IMG/VR virus record: IMGVR_UViG_3300032281_000614
Coordinates: 1 to 60,782 of that record
Reading direction: 5' to 3' (one strand)
DNA from: a virus
Taxonomy: Duplodnaviria > Caudoviricetes
Length of the DNA stretch: 60,782 nt
Part shown: positions 1 through 9,923 of the stretch, one piece after another
Numbering within the stretch: position 1 is the first letter of the stretch
How the letters are laid out: every line of letters begins with the position of its first letter
Notes under the pieces: generated by a model
Databases searched by the model: none
Seen by the model: the letters and a program-made list of their open reading frames with translations, nothing else
What the model was told of the DNA's origin: nothing
Position numbers and translations under genes: made by a program

Positions 1-2
1 AC

Positions 3-761
3 GAGCACTTAGACGGTGACGGCGAAGGTGATAGTGGCGAAGAAGGTGACGAAAAGAAAGATGGCCAAGGTCGACCAAAACTAAGCGAAGAAGAACGTAA
101 ACAGATCCGCGATGAGATCAAAGAAGCCGTAATGACTGCGGCACAAACAGCAGGCGCAAGTAACTTGCCCAGCGGTGTTAAACGTATGATCAAGGATCTT
201 ACAGCACCACAGTTAGATTGGCGTGCTCTATTACAGCAACAGATACAAAGCACTCTATGCACCGACTATACATGGGCTAGAGCAAGCCGTAAAGGTTGGG
301 ACATGGATGCCATCATGCCGGGTAGTGACTGGGACAAAGAGATTGACATCTGTGTGGCCATTGACACATCTGGCTCAATGAGTGATACCATGCTTAAAGA
401 CATCCTAAGTGAAGTCAAGGGTATCATGGAAAGTTATCAAAGTTTCCGATTACACTTATGGTCATTTGATACAGATGTATATCCAGAAGGTGCTAAGATA
501 TTCACTAGTGAAAACTTAGATGAGATCATGGATTGGGAACCTTTGGGTGGTGGTGGCACAGACTTTATGGCCAATTGGGAATACATGCGTGAAAATGACA
601 TACAACCTAAGAAGTTTATCATGTTTACAGACGGATATCCATTCGGTAGTTGGGGTGAACCTGACTACTGTGATACTATGTTTGTTATCCACGGTTCAAC
701 TACTATCGAAGCACCGTTTGGTATTACAACCTATTATGAACTAAACAAGGAGACAGCATAA
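3..761 (+). CDS. VWA-domain protein, DUF2201-like putative metallopeptidase (5'-partial)
   Basis: Frame stays open upstream of the track ATG to the window edge (EHLDGDGEGDSGEE...). MIDAS motif DTSGS, then GGGGTDF and FTDGY. Confidence 0.8.
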   Translation, partial: EHLDGDGEGDSGEEGDEKKDGQGRPKLSEEERKQIRDEIKEAVMTAAQTAGASNLPSGVKRMIKDLTAPQLDWRALLQQQIQSTLCTDYTWARASRKGWDMDAIMPGSDWDKEIDICVAIDTSGSMSDTMLKDILSEVKGIMESYQSFRLHLWSFDTDVYPEGAKIFTSENLDEIMDWEPLGGGGTDFMANWEYMRENDIQPKKFIMFTDGYPFGSWGEPDYCDTMFVIHGSTTIEAPFGITTYYELNKETA

Positions 762-910
762 TGCCAATGTTTGAAGCTACTGTTAGGACACCAAACGGAG
801 ATACCAAAGAGAGAGTATATGCTGATAATGCCCAACAGGCTAAAAAACTATTAGAGGAACGTTTTGGTCCTCGTAATGTTCCCTATATTCCACACATGAT
901 TCCACACTGA
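761..910 (+). CDS. Small hypothetical protein, 49 aa (not in ORF track)
   Basis: MPMFEATVRTPNGDTKERVYADNAQQAKKLLEERFGPRNVPYIPHMIPH*. AAGGAG SD upstream; TAATG and TGATG overlaps couple it to both neighbours. Confidence 0.8.
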   Translation: MPMFEATVRTPNGDTKERVYADNAQQAKKLLEERFGPRNVPYIPHMIPH

Positions 911-1194
911 TGCTCAAGCACGGCGAAGCAAATCCTTTAAATGTGCATCAAATGAGGAGGGTACACCATTGTCCTCCTCATTTTGAGCAAGTGATCTTTG
1001 AACCTTATATAACAGAAAAGCAAGTCACAGATTGGTTATATGAGAACCTTGAAGGGCGTTTCTATGTAGGAGATATAGACATAGCTCGCACGCCCGGTGG
1101 TAAGCCTATCGATCGTAACTTATTAGTGGCTTTTGAACTCGCTAGTGAAGCCAGCTATTTCAGCCTTATACTGCCAACTCTAAACACCATCTAA
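910..1194 (+). CDS. Hypothetical protein
   Basis: 94-aa ORF coupled to the upstream gene by TGATG. Confidence 0.75.
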   Translation: MLKHGEANPLNVHQMRRVHHCPPHFEQVIFEPYITEKQVTDWLYENLEGRFYVGDIDIARTPGGKPIDRNLLVAFELASEASYFSLILPTLNTI

Positions 1195-1222
1195 GAAATT
1201 TTTCCACCGCCTGTCTACTGGT

Positions 1223-1228
1223 TAAATA
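1223..1228 (+). promoter_or_regulatory. Putative T4-late-like promoter core (TAAATA)
   Basis: TAAATA in the intergenic gap ahead of AAGGAG and the ATG at 1256; same hexamer recurs before - strand genes. Confidence 0.4.
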
Positions 1229-1255
1229 AAATTGTCCCCTAAGGAGAATTTATAA

Positions 1256-1492
1256 ATGGCCAAGAAAGAAACACAAGCGGCTGCACCTGCAGCTGAACAA
1301 CAAACACAGCAACCAGCACAAGGTCTTACTTTACAAGATCTGCTTTTGGTAGCACAAATCATTCAACTTACTTCGCAACGCGGTACGTTTAAAGCTGAAG
1401 AATTACAACAAGTTGGTGTTTTGTACAACAAATTAATTGCATTTTTGCAATCGACTGGCGCACTTGCTCCAGCACCAACTGAGGAAAAATAA
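1256..1492 (+). CDS. Hypothetical protein
   Basis: 78-aa ORF with strong AAGGAG SD. Confidence 0.8.
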   Translation: MAKKETQAAAPAAEQQTQQPAQGLTLQDLLLVAQIIQLTSQRGTFKAEELQQVGVLYNKLIAFLQSTGALAPAPTEEK

Positions 1493-1493
1493 A

Positions 1494-2129
1494 ATGATTA
1501 AACACGTAGGCAGACACAATCAACGCAAGGTTGCTATAGTTTACAGAACAGTCCCGGACGAAAACCATATGGCTCTTGTAATGTATACAGATTCATTACC
1601 CAGCATGATTCACGACGAAGCAATGAAAGTCTTAGAAAGCGAAATTGGTCAAAATGCTAAAGAATTAGCTGATGCACTATTCCGTACTATTATGGCTGAT
1701 GGCACAAACTGCTTAACTACTATTCATAAAGGTGGGTATTTAAAGAAAGTTCCGTGCAATCAAGTTATTGTAACTCCAAAAGTAAACAGTACTTGTCGCT
1801 TAGATGAACTTAATAACCTACTTAAGAAAATTGAAGAAGGTGGCGACGCCGCTCAAGCATTAGCCGACATGGATGCCAATCGAGGTATTAAAGGTGTAAT
1901 CCAAGAAGGTCGTGAATTAGGACAACCAGCTGTTGACCCTACAAGAACTTCTGTTAGTGATGTACTAAGTGATACAGATTTAGCAAATCAACGCACAGAG
2001 CAAGCTAAAAAAATGGAAGCTGAAGCTAAAGCACTATTAGCAGAAGCTAAACGTTTAAAACAAGAAGCTACACAACTTTCACAACCCAAGGCTAAGAATG
2101 TCGGAAAAACCAAAAAAGCCACAGCGTAG
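1494..2129 (+). CDS. Hypothetical protein with C-terminal coiled coil
   Basis: Start moved to ATG 1494 (MIKHVGRH), preceded by GAGG; EAKALLAEAKRLKQEA helix and Lys-rich tail. Confidence 0.8.
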   Translation: MIKHVGRHNQRKVAIVYRTVPDENHMALVMYTDSLPSMIHDEAMKVLESEIGQNAKELADALFRTIMADGTNCLTTIHKGGYLKKVPCNQVIVTPKVNSTCRLDELNNLLKKIEEGGDAAQALADMDANRGIKGVIQEGRELGQPAVDPTRTSVSDVLSDTDLANQRTEQAKKMEAEAKALLAEAKRLKQEATQLSQPKAKNVGKTKKATA

Positions 2130-2433
2130 TAAAAAAATTACGCTAAACACAGCTAAACGTTGGAAAAATATTGTAGAAGATGTTGATAAAAAAGAAGTTC
2201 CTATCACCATCTTGCAACAGATCGACGTTAAGTTAATTGATGGTACTAATATATCTATAGATGTTAAGAAATTGTTAGCAGAGGGGATGATTCCTGGAGA
2301 TATTGAAACCATGCTCGATGAGAAGTTTATAGAATTGGATGCTTATATTCAAAATGTAGACTTCTTGATCGATATCGACAAAGTGGTCAATACTGTACAA
2401 CCAGAAACAGACAAGGTACTGAAAGGCCTATGA
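2098..2433 (+). CDS. Hypothetical protein
   Basis: 111-aa ORF; ATGA overlap with DHFR. Confidence 0.75.
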   Translation: MSEKPKKPQRSKKITLNTAKRWKNIVEDVDKKEVPITILQQIDVKLIDGTNISIDVKKLLAEGMIPGDIETMLDEKFIELDAYIQNVDFLIDIDKVVNTVQPETDKVLKGL

Positions 2434-2918
2434 TTTGTAGCATACTAGCCGCAACAAACTTAGGCGGCATAGGCAACAGAGGTACCTTGCCCTGGCCAAA
2501 ACATAAAGAAGATCTTGCTTGGTTTAAGGAACATACTACTAATCAAGTGGTAGTTATGGGTCGCAAGACTTGGGATGATCCGCTAATGCCAAAACCTTTA
2601 CCAAATCGTATCAACTGTGTATTTTCGAATAACCCATTAGAAGGATTTATCGCACGACGATTGCACGGTGATACACAATTAGAAGTAAAAAAACTACAGG
2701 ATCAATTTCCAAATCGTAAAATATTTGTTATTGGTGGTCGTGAACTATACGAATCCACCGAACCTATTGTCGAACGTGTATATCTTACTCGTATGAAAGG
2801 TGCTTGGTTCACTGATACTCGTATTGATTTAGACAAATATCTTGCTTGTTTCCGTATCAAATCAGTGCGTCCAGGGACAAACTGTACCTATGAGATTTGG
2901 GATAGAGTGTTGTTTTAG
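2430..2918 (+). CDS. folA: Dihydrofolate reductase
   Basis: Motifs GIGNRGTLPW, DLAWFK, VVMGRKTW, PLPNR, FVIGG, YLTR. Confidence 0.95.
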   Translation: MICSILAATNLGGIGNRGTLPWPKHKEDLAWFKEHTTNQVVVMGRKTWDDPLMPKPLPNRINCVFSNNPLEGFIARRLHGDTQLEVKKLQDQFPNRKIFVIGGRELYESTEPIVERVYLTRMKGAWFTDTRIDLDKYLACFRIKSVRPGTNCTYEIWDRVLF

Positions 2919-2920
2919 AT

Positions 2921-2950
2921 TTGACTTCTATCTTAATAAGATAGTATAAT
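2921..2950 (+). promoter_or_regulatory. Sigma70-type promoter with a palindromic spacer
   Basis: TTGACT (2921-2926), 18-nt spacer, TATAAT (2945-2950). Spacer holds the perfect inverted repeat CTATCTTA-A-TAAGATAG. Confidence 0.7.
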
Positions 2951-2956
2951 AATACT

Positions 2957-3934
2957 ATGTCAACCTTACCAAATATACCTAACAAAAAAAATATTTTAGG
3001 CGTAAAAAATTTTTATAAATCTAATTCAGAGGCATGGATTGATTGGTATAATTCTATTAAAGGACCCAATTGGCCTAACTGCGATTCTGAACAGCAATTT
3101 CATATGCTCCCAGATTGGATTCAAAAAGAATTAATTAATAACTTTAATTATGATCCATATAATTCACCAACTAAAACCTATAAAGAAAACTATAGAATTT
3201 TCCAAACCACAGGTAATCGTAAGCTAAAAGTTTTCTATACAAAAGAATTAGACGGTGGCGGTCAACTGTTTGGGTTAGACTATATTTCAATTTTAAAAAA
3301 GCATTACCCTGATAGAATATTTTCAAGATGTTTTGAATGGTGCTCGGGCCCTGGATTTATAGGTTATTCGATATTAGATTACGGAATTTGTGAAAGCCTA
3401 TGTCTGTCAGACCTATGGTGGCCTGCCATTGAGGCAGCTGAAGAAACAAAGATAATCAATTCTTGTGAAAATCAAGTAACCACGTACTTATTAAATGATA
3501 TTAAACTTTTACCAACTTACGAAAAATTTGATCTGATCGTGGCTGCCCCTCCTCATTTTAATGATTCTACAAATAAAAATAATAGTAATTATAACAATGT
3601 TAGATTGGCAGTAGATTATAACTGGACAGCACGGCGCAATTTTTACGCTAATATTAGTTCTCACTTACTACCTGATGGCGTTATACTAATACAAGAAAAT
3701 TTAGAAAGTTCAGATATTGAAGATTTTCGAGCAATGATAGAAGAAAATAATTTACAAATTACTGATATTTTTAACAGCTCTGATTACTATTTTGGTTCAG
3801 AGATCGAGCACGATCAAAATCATATTTGGGAAGTGAACCGAGCAGGATTTGATCAATTTGGTGTAGACGGTATTACTGAATTTCTTAAAATTTATTATAT
3901 AGAAATAAAACACAAAAATGAAAACATATCTTGA
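2957..3934 (+). CDS. Class I SAM-dependent methyltransferase with N-terminal accessory domain
   Basis: Motif I-like [10 protein letters not shown] and motif IV-like [10 protein letters not shown]; visibly AT-rich. Confidence 0.75.
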   Translation: MSTLPNIPNKKNILGVKNFYKSNSEAWIDWYNSIKGPNWPNCDSEQQFHMLPDWIQKELINNFNYDPYNSPTKTYKENYRIFQTTGNRKLKVFYTKELDGGGQLFGLDYISILKKHYPDRIFSRCFEWCSGPGFIGYSILDYGICESLCLSDLWWPAIEAAEETKIINSCENQVTTYLLNDIKLLPTYEKFDLIVAAPPHFNDSTNKNNSNYNNVRLAVDYNWTARRNFYANISSHLLPDGVILIQENLESSDIEDFRAMIEENNLQITDIFNSSDYYFGSEIEHDQNHIWEVNRAGFDQFGVDGITEFLKIYYIEIKHKNENIS

Positions 3935-4829
3935 CGCATTACATCATGTATTAAATAACGGCACTGTACGAGAAGATCGTACGGGTACAGGTACCATTGG
4001 CGTTTTTGGTATGCAACAGCGTTACGATCTTACCAAGGGTTTTCCGGCGGTTACTACTAAGAAACTTGCGTTCAAGGCCTGTCTAAGTGAACTATTATGG
4101 TTCCTTGAAGGCACAGGTGATGAACGCCGTCTTGCAGAAATCCTACACGGTACACGTGATCAAGAAAAACGTACTATATGGACCGATAATGCCACTAGTG
4201 ATTATTGGCGGCCAAAAGCTCAGTATGATGGTGACTTAGGTCGTGTATACGGAGTACAGTGGAGGCATTGGCGTAAACCTACTGAAATGGAAAACTACTA
4301 TACTTGGGAAAATACCGAATATGGCATGCAGGCTAAGGAAAAGCCAGAACTTGTAGTGGATCAGGTTCAACAATTAATTGATGGTATCAAGAAAGATCCA
4401 TATGGTCGTAGGCACATCTTAACTGCTTGGAATCCGGGCGAGTTAATGGAAATGGCCTTACCACCCTGTCACTGTTTTGCGCAGTTTTATGTCAGCGCAG
4501 ACGGTAAGTTAAGTTGTCAGATGTACCAGCGTTCCTGCGATATGTTCTTGGGCGTGCCCTTTAACATAGCATCCTATTCCTTGCTCACACATATGATCGC
4601 GCAGGTATGTGGGCTTGAGGCAGGTGAGTTTGTTCACGTACTCGGCGACGCACACATATATCTGAACCACGTGGAGCAGGTAAAAGAGCAACTGGCACGT
4701 GAGCCCTTACCGCTCCCCACATTGTGGATCAATCCTGATGTCAAGGATATTACGAAATTTACCATGGAGGACTTTAGACTAGATGGATACACAAGTCATG
4801 ACAGCATCAAAGCGCCAATGGCGGTATGA
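3918..4829 (+). CDS. thyA: Thymidylate synthase
   Basis: Motifs [48 protein letters not shown]. Confidence 0.97.
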   Translation: MKTYLDALHHVLNNGTVREDRTGTGTIGVFGMQQRYDLTKGFPAVTTKKLAFKACLSELLWFLEGTGDERRLAEILHGTRDQEKRTIWTDNATSDYWRPKAQYDGDLGRVYGVQWRHWRKPTEMENYYTWENTEYGMQAKEKPELVVDQVQQLIDGIKKDPYGRRHILTAWNPGELMEMALPPCHCFAQFYVSADGKLSCQMYQRSCDMFLGVPFNIASYSLLTHMIAQVCGLEAGEFVHVLGDAHIYLNHVEQVKEQLAREPLPLPTLWINPDVKDITKFTMEDFRLDGYTSHDSIKAPMAV

Positions 4830-5103
4830 ACGTCCTCATCGTGTAAGACTGTTTAGTCACGCTATACATTTTAATAATGCCAGCGAGTTGACTACCCGTC
4901 AGATCTATTTACAGTGTGCTGGACACTTTAGCGAGACTGATGAGTATCGTTGGGCTGAAGAAAACGATATCGAGATAGATTACTTTTTTGATGATCAAGT
5001 TACCAGCTGGCATAAGACAGTGCTGTTTTATGCAGATCTAAGTGAAGCTGAGTATGTAGATTACGCACTTAGATTCTTTAAACATTTAGAGGAATGGAAA
5101 TGA
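4783..5103 (+). CDS. Hypothetical protein (start uncertain)
   Basis: Fills the gap between thyA and the next gene; C-terminus resembles 5759-6013. Confidence 0.65.
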   Translation: MDTQVMTASKRQWRYERPHRVRLFSHAIHFNNASELTTRQIYLQCAGHFSETDEYRWAEENDIEIDYFFDDQVTSWHKTVLFYADLSEAEYVDYALRFFKHLEEWK

Positions 5104-5759
5104 AAGTTTATATTAGCAAATACAGAGATCATTGGGTAAGTCCTTATACAGTCTGTGAAAAGATCTGTTGGTGGCGTGAGATTGACTATGATGAGCCCTG
5201 GGTTCAACGTGTGGTTAAGATATTAGATCCTGTCATGGGTCTATGGCGCAACTTCCTGGACTTTGTCCATCCACCTATTAACTATGTCAAGATCGATAAT
5301 TATGACACATGGAACATAGATTCAACATTAAGCCCTATCATCTTACCTATGTTGAAACAGTTACGCAAAGACAAACACGGTGCCCCTTATGTAGATGATG
5401 CTGATGTTCCGGCTAACCTACGTAGCACTACTCCTGCGGCTAAGAAAGCTAAAAAAGAACAAGGTGACACTGACGGTAATCACTTCCATCGTTGGGATTG
5501 GATCTTAGACGAAATGATTTGGGCATTCCAAGAGTTGGTAGATGACACATGGGAAGAACAATACTTCTCAGGTACTAGTGATTATACATGGATCCCAAGC
5601 AAAGAACTCGATGCCAAAGGTAGGCCTTTGACTTACGAAATGAAAAAGAGTCCTAAGGACACACGCAAGTATGACAAGAAAGGTTACGCTAAACACAGTG
5701 CTCGCATCGACAATGGTGTTAGACTATTTGGCAAATACTACAGAGCCTTATGGGATTAA
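5100..5759 (+). CDS. Hypothetical phage protein
   Basis: ATGA overlap at 5100; Trp/Asp-rich motifs (YDTWNID, RWDWILDEMIWAF, LFGKYY..LWD). Confidence 0.8.
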   Translation: MKVYISKYRDHWVSPYTVCEKICWWREIDYDEPWVQRVVKILDPVMGLWRNFLDFVHPPINYVKIDNYDTWNIDSTLSPIILPMLKQLRKDKHGAPYVDDADVPANLRSTTPAAKKAKKEQGDTDGNHFHRWDWILDEMIWAFQELVDDTWEEQYFSGTSDYTWIPSKELDAKGRPLTYEMKKSPKDTRKYDKKGYAKHSARIDNGVRLFGKYYRALWD

Positions 5760-6013
5760 TGAAATATATCGTCCACACTATCGAGATGGGCGATGTGGAA
5801 GATCCTGAGATCTATGCCGCAGGTCCTATCTTAGACTTTGAACAGAGTGAAAAAGGTCGTTGGTTGATGGCAAATAGTTATAAACAAATGGAATATACTA
5901 TACGCCCAAATCAACGAACATATGGTTGGAAGATTGTTTTATGGAGTTATCTAAACGAGAAAGATTTAACTTACTATAGTTTAAAATGGGGAGAAGCAGA
6001 AGATGAGTTATGA
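5759..6013 (+). CDS. Hypothetical protein
   Basis: TAATG coupling at 5759. Confidence 0.75.
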   Translation: MKYIVHTIEMGDVEDPEIYAAGPILDFEQSEKGRWLMANSYKQMEYTIRPNQRTYGWKIVLWSYLNEKDLTYYSLKWGEAEDEL

Positions 6014-6158
6014 TATTTTAAAAGCCGCATTAGAAAAAAAGAAACAACAACAGCAACAAGGTGTAAAAAGTAGCAAGGTCGACAGCAAAGGCGGCCCGGC
6101 CAAGTCACAGGTTACTGTGAATAAACCTGCTAAGAAATCAGCTGGAAGAGGTCGCTAA
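6003..6158 (+). CDS. Small basic protein, 51 aa (not in ORF track)
   Basis: MSYDILKAALEKKKQQQQQGVKSSKVDSKGGPAKSQVTVNKPAKKSAGRGR*. GGGAG upstream; TAATG coupling to the epimerase. Confidence 0.7.
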   Translation: MSYDILKAALEKKKQQQQQGVKSSKVDSKGGPAKSQVTVNKPAKKSAGRGR

Positions 6159-7123
6159 TGAAATTTTTAGTCACGGGTGGTTCTGGGTTTATAGGACATA
6201 ATGTTGTCCGTATACTTGAATCTCAAGGACATGAATGTATCGTTATCGATACCTGCACCGACTATGGATTCATTCCTCGAGAAGAATTAACATACTTAAT
6301 CAACGAACGCTCTAAACGATTCAATGCTCGAATAAGATCAATTGATATCCGAGAAGGTCAGTTTGTAGATACTATATTCAAAACCTACAAGCCCGATGTT
6401 GTTATACATATGGCCAGTTTTCCAAGACAGAAAGTAGTTGAACAGAATCCTTTATTAGCCAGTGATGTAATGTGCAATGGGTTAATTAATCTATTAGAAA
6501 AAAGTAAACAGTATGCTGTTAAGAAGTTCGTTTATATTTCAAGCTCAATGGTCTACGGTGACTTTACCGCAGATGTATTAGAAGCACATGTCTGTAAGCC
6601 ACAAGGACAATATGGTATCATGAAACTCATGGGTGAAAAACTCGTAGAAGATTATCATCGCTTGGGTGCTTTTGATTATACCATCATCCGCCCAAGTGCT
6701 GTATATGGCGAGTGGGACGTTGAGGATCGTGTGGTCAGCAAGTTCATGACCATGGCCATGCGTGGTGAAACACTTAAGGTCAAAGGCGCCGATGAAGTCT
6801 TAGACTTTACCTACGTAGAAGATACTGCTCAAGGTATTGTGCTTGCTGCAACACTTGATAAGGCCAATGGTAAAGTCTATAATATCACCCGCAGTGATGA
6901 TAAACAATATACACTTAAAGATGCCGCTGAACTGGCTATCCGTATCGCAGGCAAGGGTGATTTGATAGTTGCAGATCGTGATCTAAGTTTTCCTAAGCGT
7001 GGTCGTTTAAGTATCATGAAGGCTCAGCGTGATTTAGGATATGCGCCTAAAGTTAGTGTAGAAGAAGGTTTTCAAAGGTATTATGATTGGTACAGCCAAA
7101 ATCCCGTTCTTTGGCGTAGATAG
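6158..7123 (+). CDS. NAD-dependent nucleotide-sugar epimerase/dehydratase (extended SDR)
   Basis: GGSGFIG Rossmann motif, ISSSMVYG, YGIMK (YxxxK), DFTYVED. Confidence 0.92.
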   Translation: MKFLVTGGSGFIGHNVVRILESQGHECIVIDTCTDYGFIPREELTYLINERSKRFNARIRSIDIREGQFVDTIFKTYKPDVVIHMASFPRQKVVEQNPLLASDVMCNGLINLLEKSKQYAVKKFVYISSSMVYGDFTADVLEAHVCKPQGQYGIMKLMGEKLVEDYHRLGAFDYTIIRPSAVYGEWDVEDRVVSKFMTMAMRGETLKVKGADEVLDFTYVEDTAQGIVLAATLDKANGKVYNITRSDDKQYTLKDAAELAIRIAGKGDLIVADRDLSFPKRGRLSIMKAQRDLGYAPKVSVEEGFQRYYDWYSQNPVLWRR

Positions 7124-8210
7124 ACAGTATAACAATCTACGTGAAGAGATCTTAGATACAGTTGATAAGGTCTATGCATCTGGACGAGTCCTTGATGGAA
7201 CCTATACCAGGCAATTTGAACGTACCATAGCCAAGATGACCGAGCGTCGTTACGCTTGCTCGGTCGGCAGTTGTACACAGGCATTGATATTTGCCCTACG
7301 TGCTGTTGATAACGAATATTTCAGAAGCAGTCGTAATAAAGTCTTAATCCCAGCACAGAGTTTTGTTGCCACGATCAACACTGTATTAGAAGCAGGGTTT
7401 GATCCTGTGTTCTGTGATGTTGATGCACAAACAGGCTTGATGGATTTAAACACTATTCCTGTTCACTCTGACGAACTTGCTGCTATCATGTATGTTAATC
7501 TATTTGGTAATGTCTTGAATCAAGAACAGCTGATTACCTACATGGAAATGTTCAGCGAAGAAAAAATTCCTGTAATCGAAGATGCCGCACAATCATTTGG
7601 TGCATACTATCGCGGTGTGCCCAGTGGCAAATTGGGCGATGTCAGTTGTCTAAGTTTTGATCCCACAAAGAATCTAAACAACTATGGATCGGGTGGTATG
7701 ATACTTACAGATGATCCTGCTATATGGGAATTAGTCAATGATTATCACGACAATGGCAAGGGCAACGAACACATTCAGTCAGGCACGAACAGCAAAATGA
7801 GTGAAGCAGACTGCGCACAGATGTTAGTCAAACTAAAATACTTTGATGATTGGCAAAAGCGCAGGGCAGAAATCGCAGAATACTACACAGAAGAATTAGA
7901 TGGGTTAGTTGGTATTCCACCAATTGATATGAATGTAGAACATGCTTGGAGCAAATACGTCATACATCATCATAGTCGATCAAGTCTATATACTGATCTG
8001 TTAAACATGGGTGTTGAAACTCGCATTAACTATGAAACACCGTTACATCAACAGTCAGTGGCATTTAGTTTTACATCTTTTGATGACACAGGCATATTAG
8101 AAGGTGCTGAGAACTTTAGTCGTACTTGCTTGAGTTTACCAATCTATCCAGAATTAGAAGACTACGAAATTGAATACGTAGTTGAAGCTATTAAACAGAA
8201 TATCGGTTAG
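7083..8210 (+). CDS. DegT/DnrJ/EryC1/StrS PLP-dependent sugar aminotransferase
   Basis: IEDAAQSFG, SFDPTKNL (PLP Lys), GGMILT, LSLPIYP. Confidence 0.93.
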   Translation: MIGTAKIPFFGVDRQYNNLREEILDTVDKVYASGRVLDGTYTRQFERTIAKMTERRYACSVGSCTQALIFALRAVDNEYFRSSRNKVLIPAQSFVATINTVLEAGFDPVFCDVDAQTGLMDLNTIPVHSDELAAIMYVNLFGNVLNQEQLITYMEMFSEEKIPVIEDAAQSFGAYYRGVPSGKLGDVSCLSFDPTKNLNNYGSGGMILTDDPAIWELVNDYHDNGKGNEHIQSGTNSKMSEADCAQMLVKLKYFDDWQKRRAEIAEYYTEELDGLVGIPPIDMNVEHAWSKYVIHHHSRSSLYTDLLNMGVETRINYETPLHQQSVAFSFTSFDDTGILEGAENFSRTCLSLPIYPELEDYEIEYVVEAIKQNIG

Positions 8211-9492
8211 AGTAATATTCTCGTAACCACGCCCATTCAAAGCTCCGCATTAGCTCCGTATAATCACCGTTGACCTTATTGTAATAATCAACAGCATCAG
8301 CGGCACCCAATAGACTAAATTCAGCATAGTCACCATCTGCCACAGTCAACCAAGTATCTAAACGGTAACTGCTTTCGACACTGCTGGTTTTAGCTACGTC
8401 ATCTTTGAGTTTAATCACTTCACGGAAAGCAGTACGCCAAGTTAGTTCTGGTGTGGTGTTGTAATGGGCAACAGCACTCAGACGAGGAACCACAGCATGT
8501 GCTTTGCTTAGAGTAAAGTCTAATCCTGGACTATCTGTATCTAATACCAATCGTTTATTGTAAGCAATAACACCCATGTGTCCATACTCTAATCCATTTA
8601 CAGGATTACGACTATTGAATATATAATGTTTAGGTTCTTGTAACCAATCTGGTTGCCATGTCCAATCAAAATCTGGAACTACTTCTAATTTAGCAAAAAC
8701 AGCAAAGAACCAAGGTGTCGTACTCAATTTAGCTGCGGCTTTATATGCCTCACTACGCCCATCGACATCTATTACTCGTTTAACTGTACGTCCGCAGGTC
8801 TGAGCGAGGTGTGTATACCAACGTTCTGCTGCAGGTTCGCCGTTGCTGATGTAGATAATATCCAGCAACGTAGGGGTCAAATATGCGGTTTTTTGCTTGA
8901 TAATATAGAGATAATCGTAGATTTGAGACACTAAATGTGCCTGAATGTCGCGTGGGGCTATACTGATACTACCCGTATCGTTAAAACTATAAAAGGCACG
9001 TTTATTCCATAATGGAGGATAGAAATCAATTGCTTGATTAATCCAAACATAAGGTGCGTCAAACTTGTATTGTTTAAGTTCTTGAGTAATGTCTTCAGTT
9101 TGAGTAGTTAATACTGGCCAAGGCAAACGTGGCACGCCAGGATAGTGCCAATTAACTTCTTTATACCATTCCAGCAGAGGAATGTCTTTTTGTTTCTCAA
9201 ACTCTGCTATATTGATTAGGAATGTATCACCAAATTTTTCGTAGCCGCTATGCCAACAGTGTAATTGATAGGCTTCCCATGGCACAGTCTTGTATTCAAA
9301 ATTAAAGTCTGTGTAATCACAACAACTTGAAATTATCCAAGCATAAGGTGTCCTAGCACGTGAAATACAACGTTTTATAGTATCAAGATGATTATCGTAG
9401 TAACGCACTATCTTAGCATGAGAAAAACGTGTTTGGAGATACTGCACGTTAGCATCGTGTCCACCTATATCCATTATAAAAATATCATACAT
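8191..9492 (-). CDS. Glycosyltransferase-like (GT-A-type) two-domain protein; paralog of 26524-27420
   Basis: Start at ATG 9492 (TAATG coupling). C-domain DIIYISNGEP...YKAAA...RNPVNGLEYG...WRTAFREVIKL matches the paralog by eye. Confidence 0.6.
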   Translation of the reverse strand: MYDIFIMDIGGHDANVQYLQTRFSHAKIVRYYDNHLDTIKRCISRARTPYAWIISSCCDYTDFNFEYKTVPWEAYQLHCWHSGYEKFGDTFLINIAEFEKQKDIPLLEWYKEVNWHYPGVPRLPWPVLTTQTEDITQELKQYKFDAPYVWINQAIDFYPPLWNKRAFYSFNDTGSISIAPRDIQAHLVSQIYDYLYIIKQKTAYLTPTLLDIIYISNGEPAAERWYTHLAQTCGRTVKRVIDVDGRSEAYKAAAKLSTTPWFFAVFAKLEVVPDFDWTWQPDWLQEPKHYIFNSRNPVNGLEYGHMGVIAYNKRLVLDTDSPGLDFTLSKAHAVVPRLSAVAHYNTTPELTWRTAFREVIKLKDDVAKTSSVESSYRLDTWLTVADGDYAEFSLLGAADAVDYYNKVNGDYTELMRSFEWAWLREYYSNRYSV

Positions 9493-9923
9493 TATGTCAA
9501 TATGTGAATTAAATCTGCCAGAGTCTCTGACCATTTGTCACTAGCAAATTCATCTATCCTTATATCATATTCATCTTCTGTAGGACGTTCAAATACTTTA
9601 TTAGTATCGGCAAATCTACCTTTAGGTATTGTGTCCATCCAAATAGTCATATCAGCATCAAATAAAGCACGCAATTCTTTTGTAGGACAAACAAAATCAC
9701 AAAGCATAATGAATCCAGATGCAACACCTTTGTCGGCAATTGCTCGCATCCTTAATGCCTGACGTTTACGCCCCTCTGGACTAAAATCCCAATCATTTGT
9801 TTCTTTACGTAAGTCATCCGCATTAACCCACTCAGCAGGATTATTTTTTAATATTTCATTAAATAATTTTTCAGCTAATGTAGTTTTACCGCTGCCCGGT
9901 AATCCCATAATTAATATTTTCAT
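9492..9923 (-). CDS. Adenylylsulfate (APS) kinase-like P-loop kinase (CysC-like)
   Basis: Start at ATG 9923 (ATGA overlap). MGLPGSGKTT, ADDLR, DFSPEGRKRQ, DFVCP. Confidence 0.75.
   Translation of the reverse strand: MKILIMGLPGSGKTTLAEKLFNEILKNNPAEWVNADDLRKETNDWDFSPEGRKRQALRMRAIADKGVASGFIMLCDFVCPTKELRALFDADMTIWMDTIPKGRFADTNKVFERPTEDEYDIRIDEFASDKWSETLADLIHILT

Noticed and set aside
3918-4829. thyA as a dCMP hydroxymethylase feeding carbamoylated-cytosine DNA modification
   Set aside because: It keeps the dUMP-specifying Asn (DMFLGVPFN) and sits near DHFR, so it looks canonical. A modifying enzyme outside this window is not excluded.
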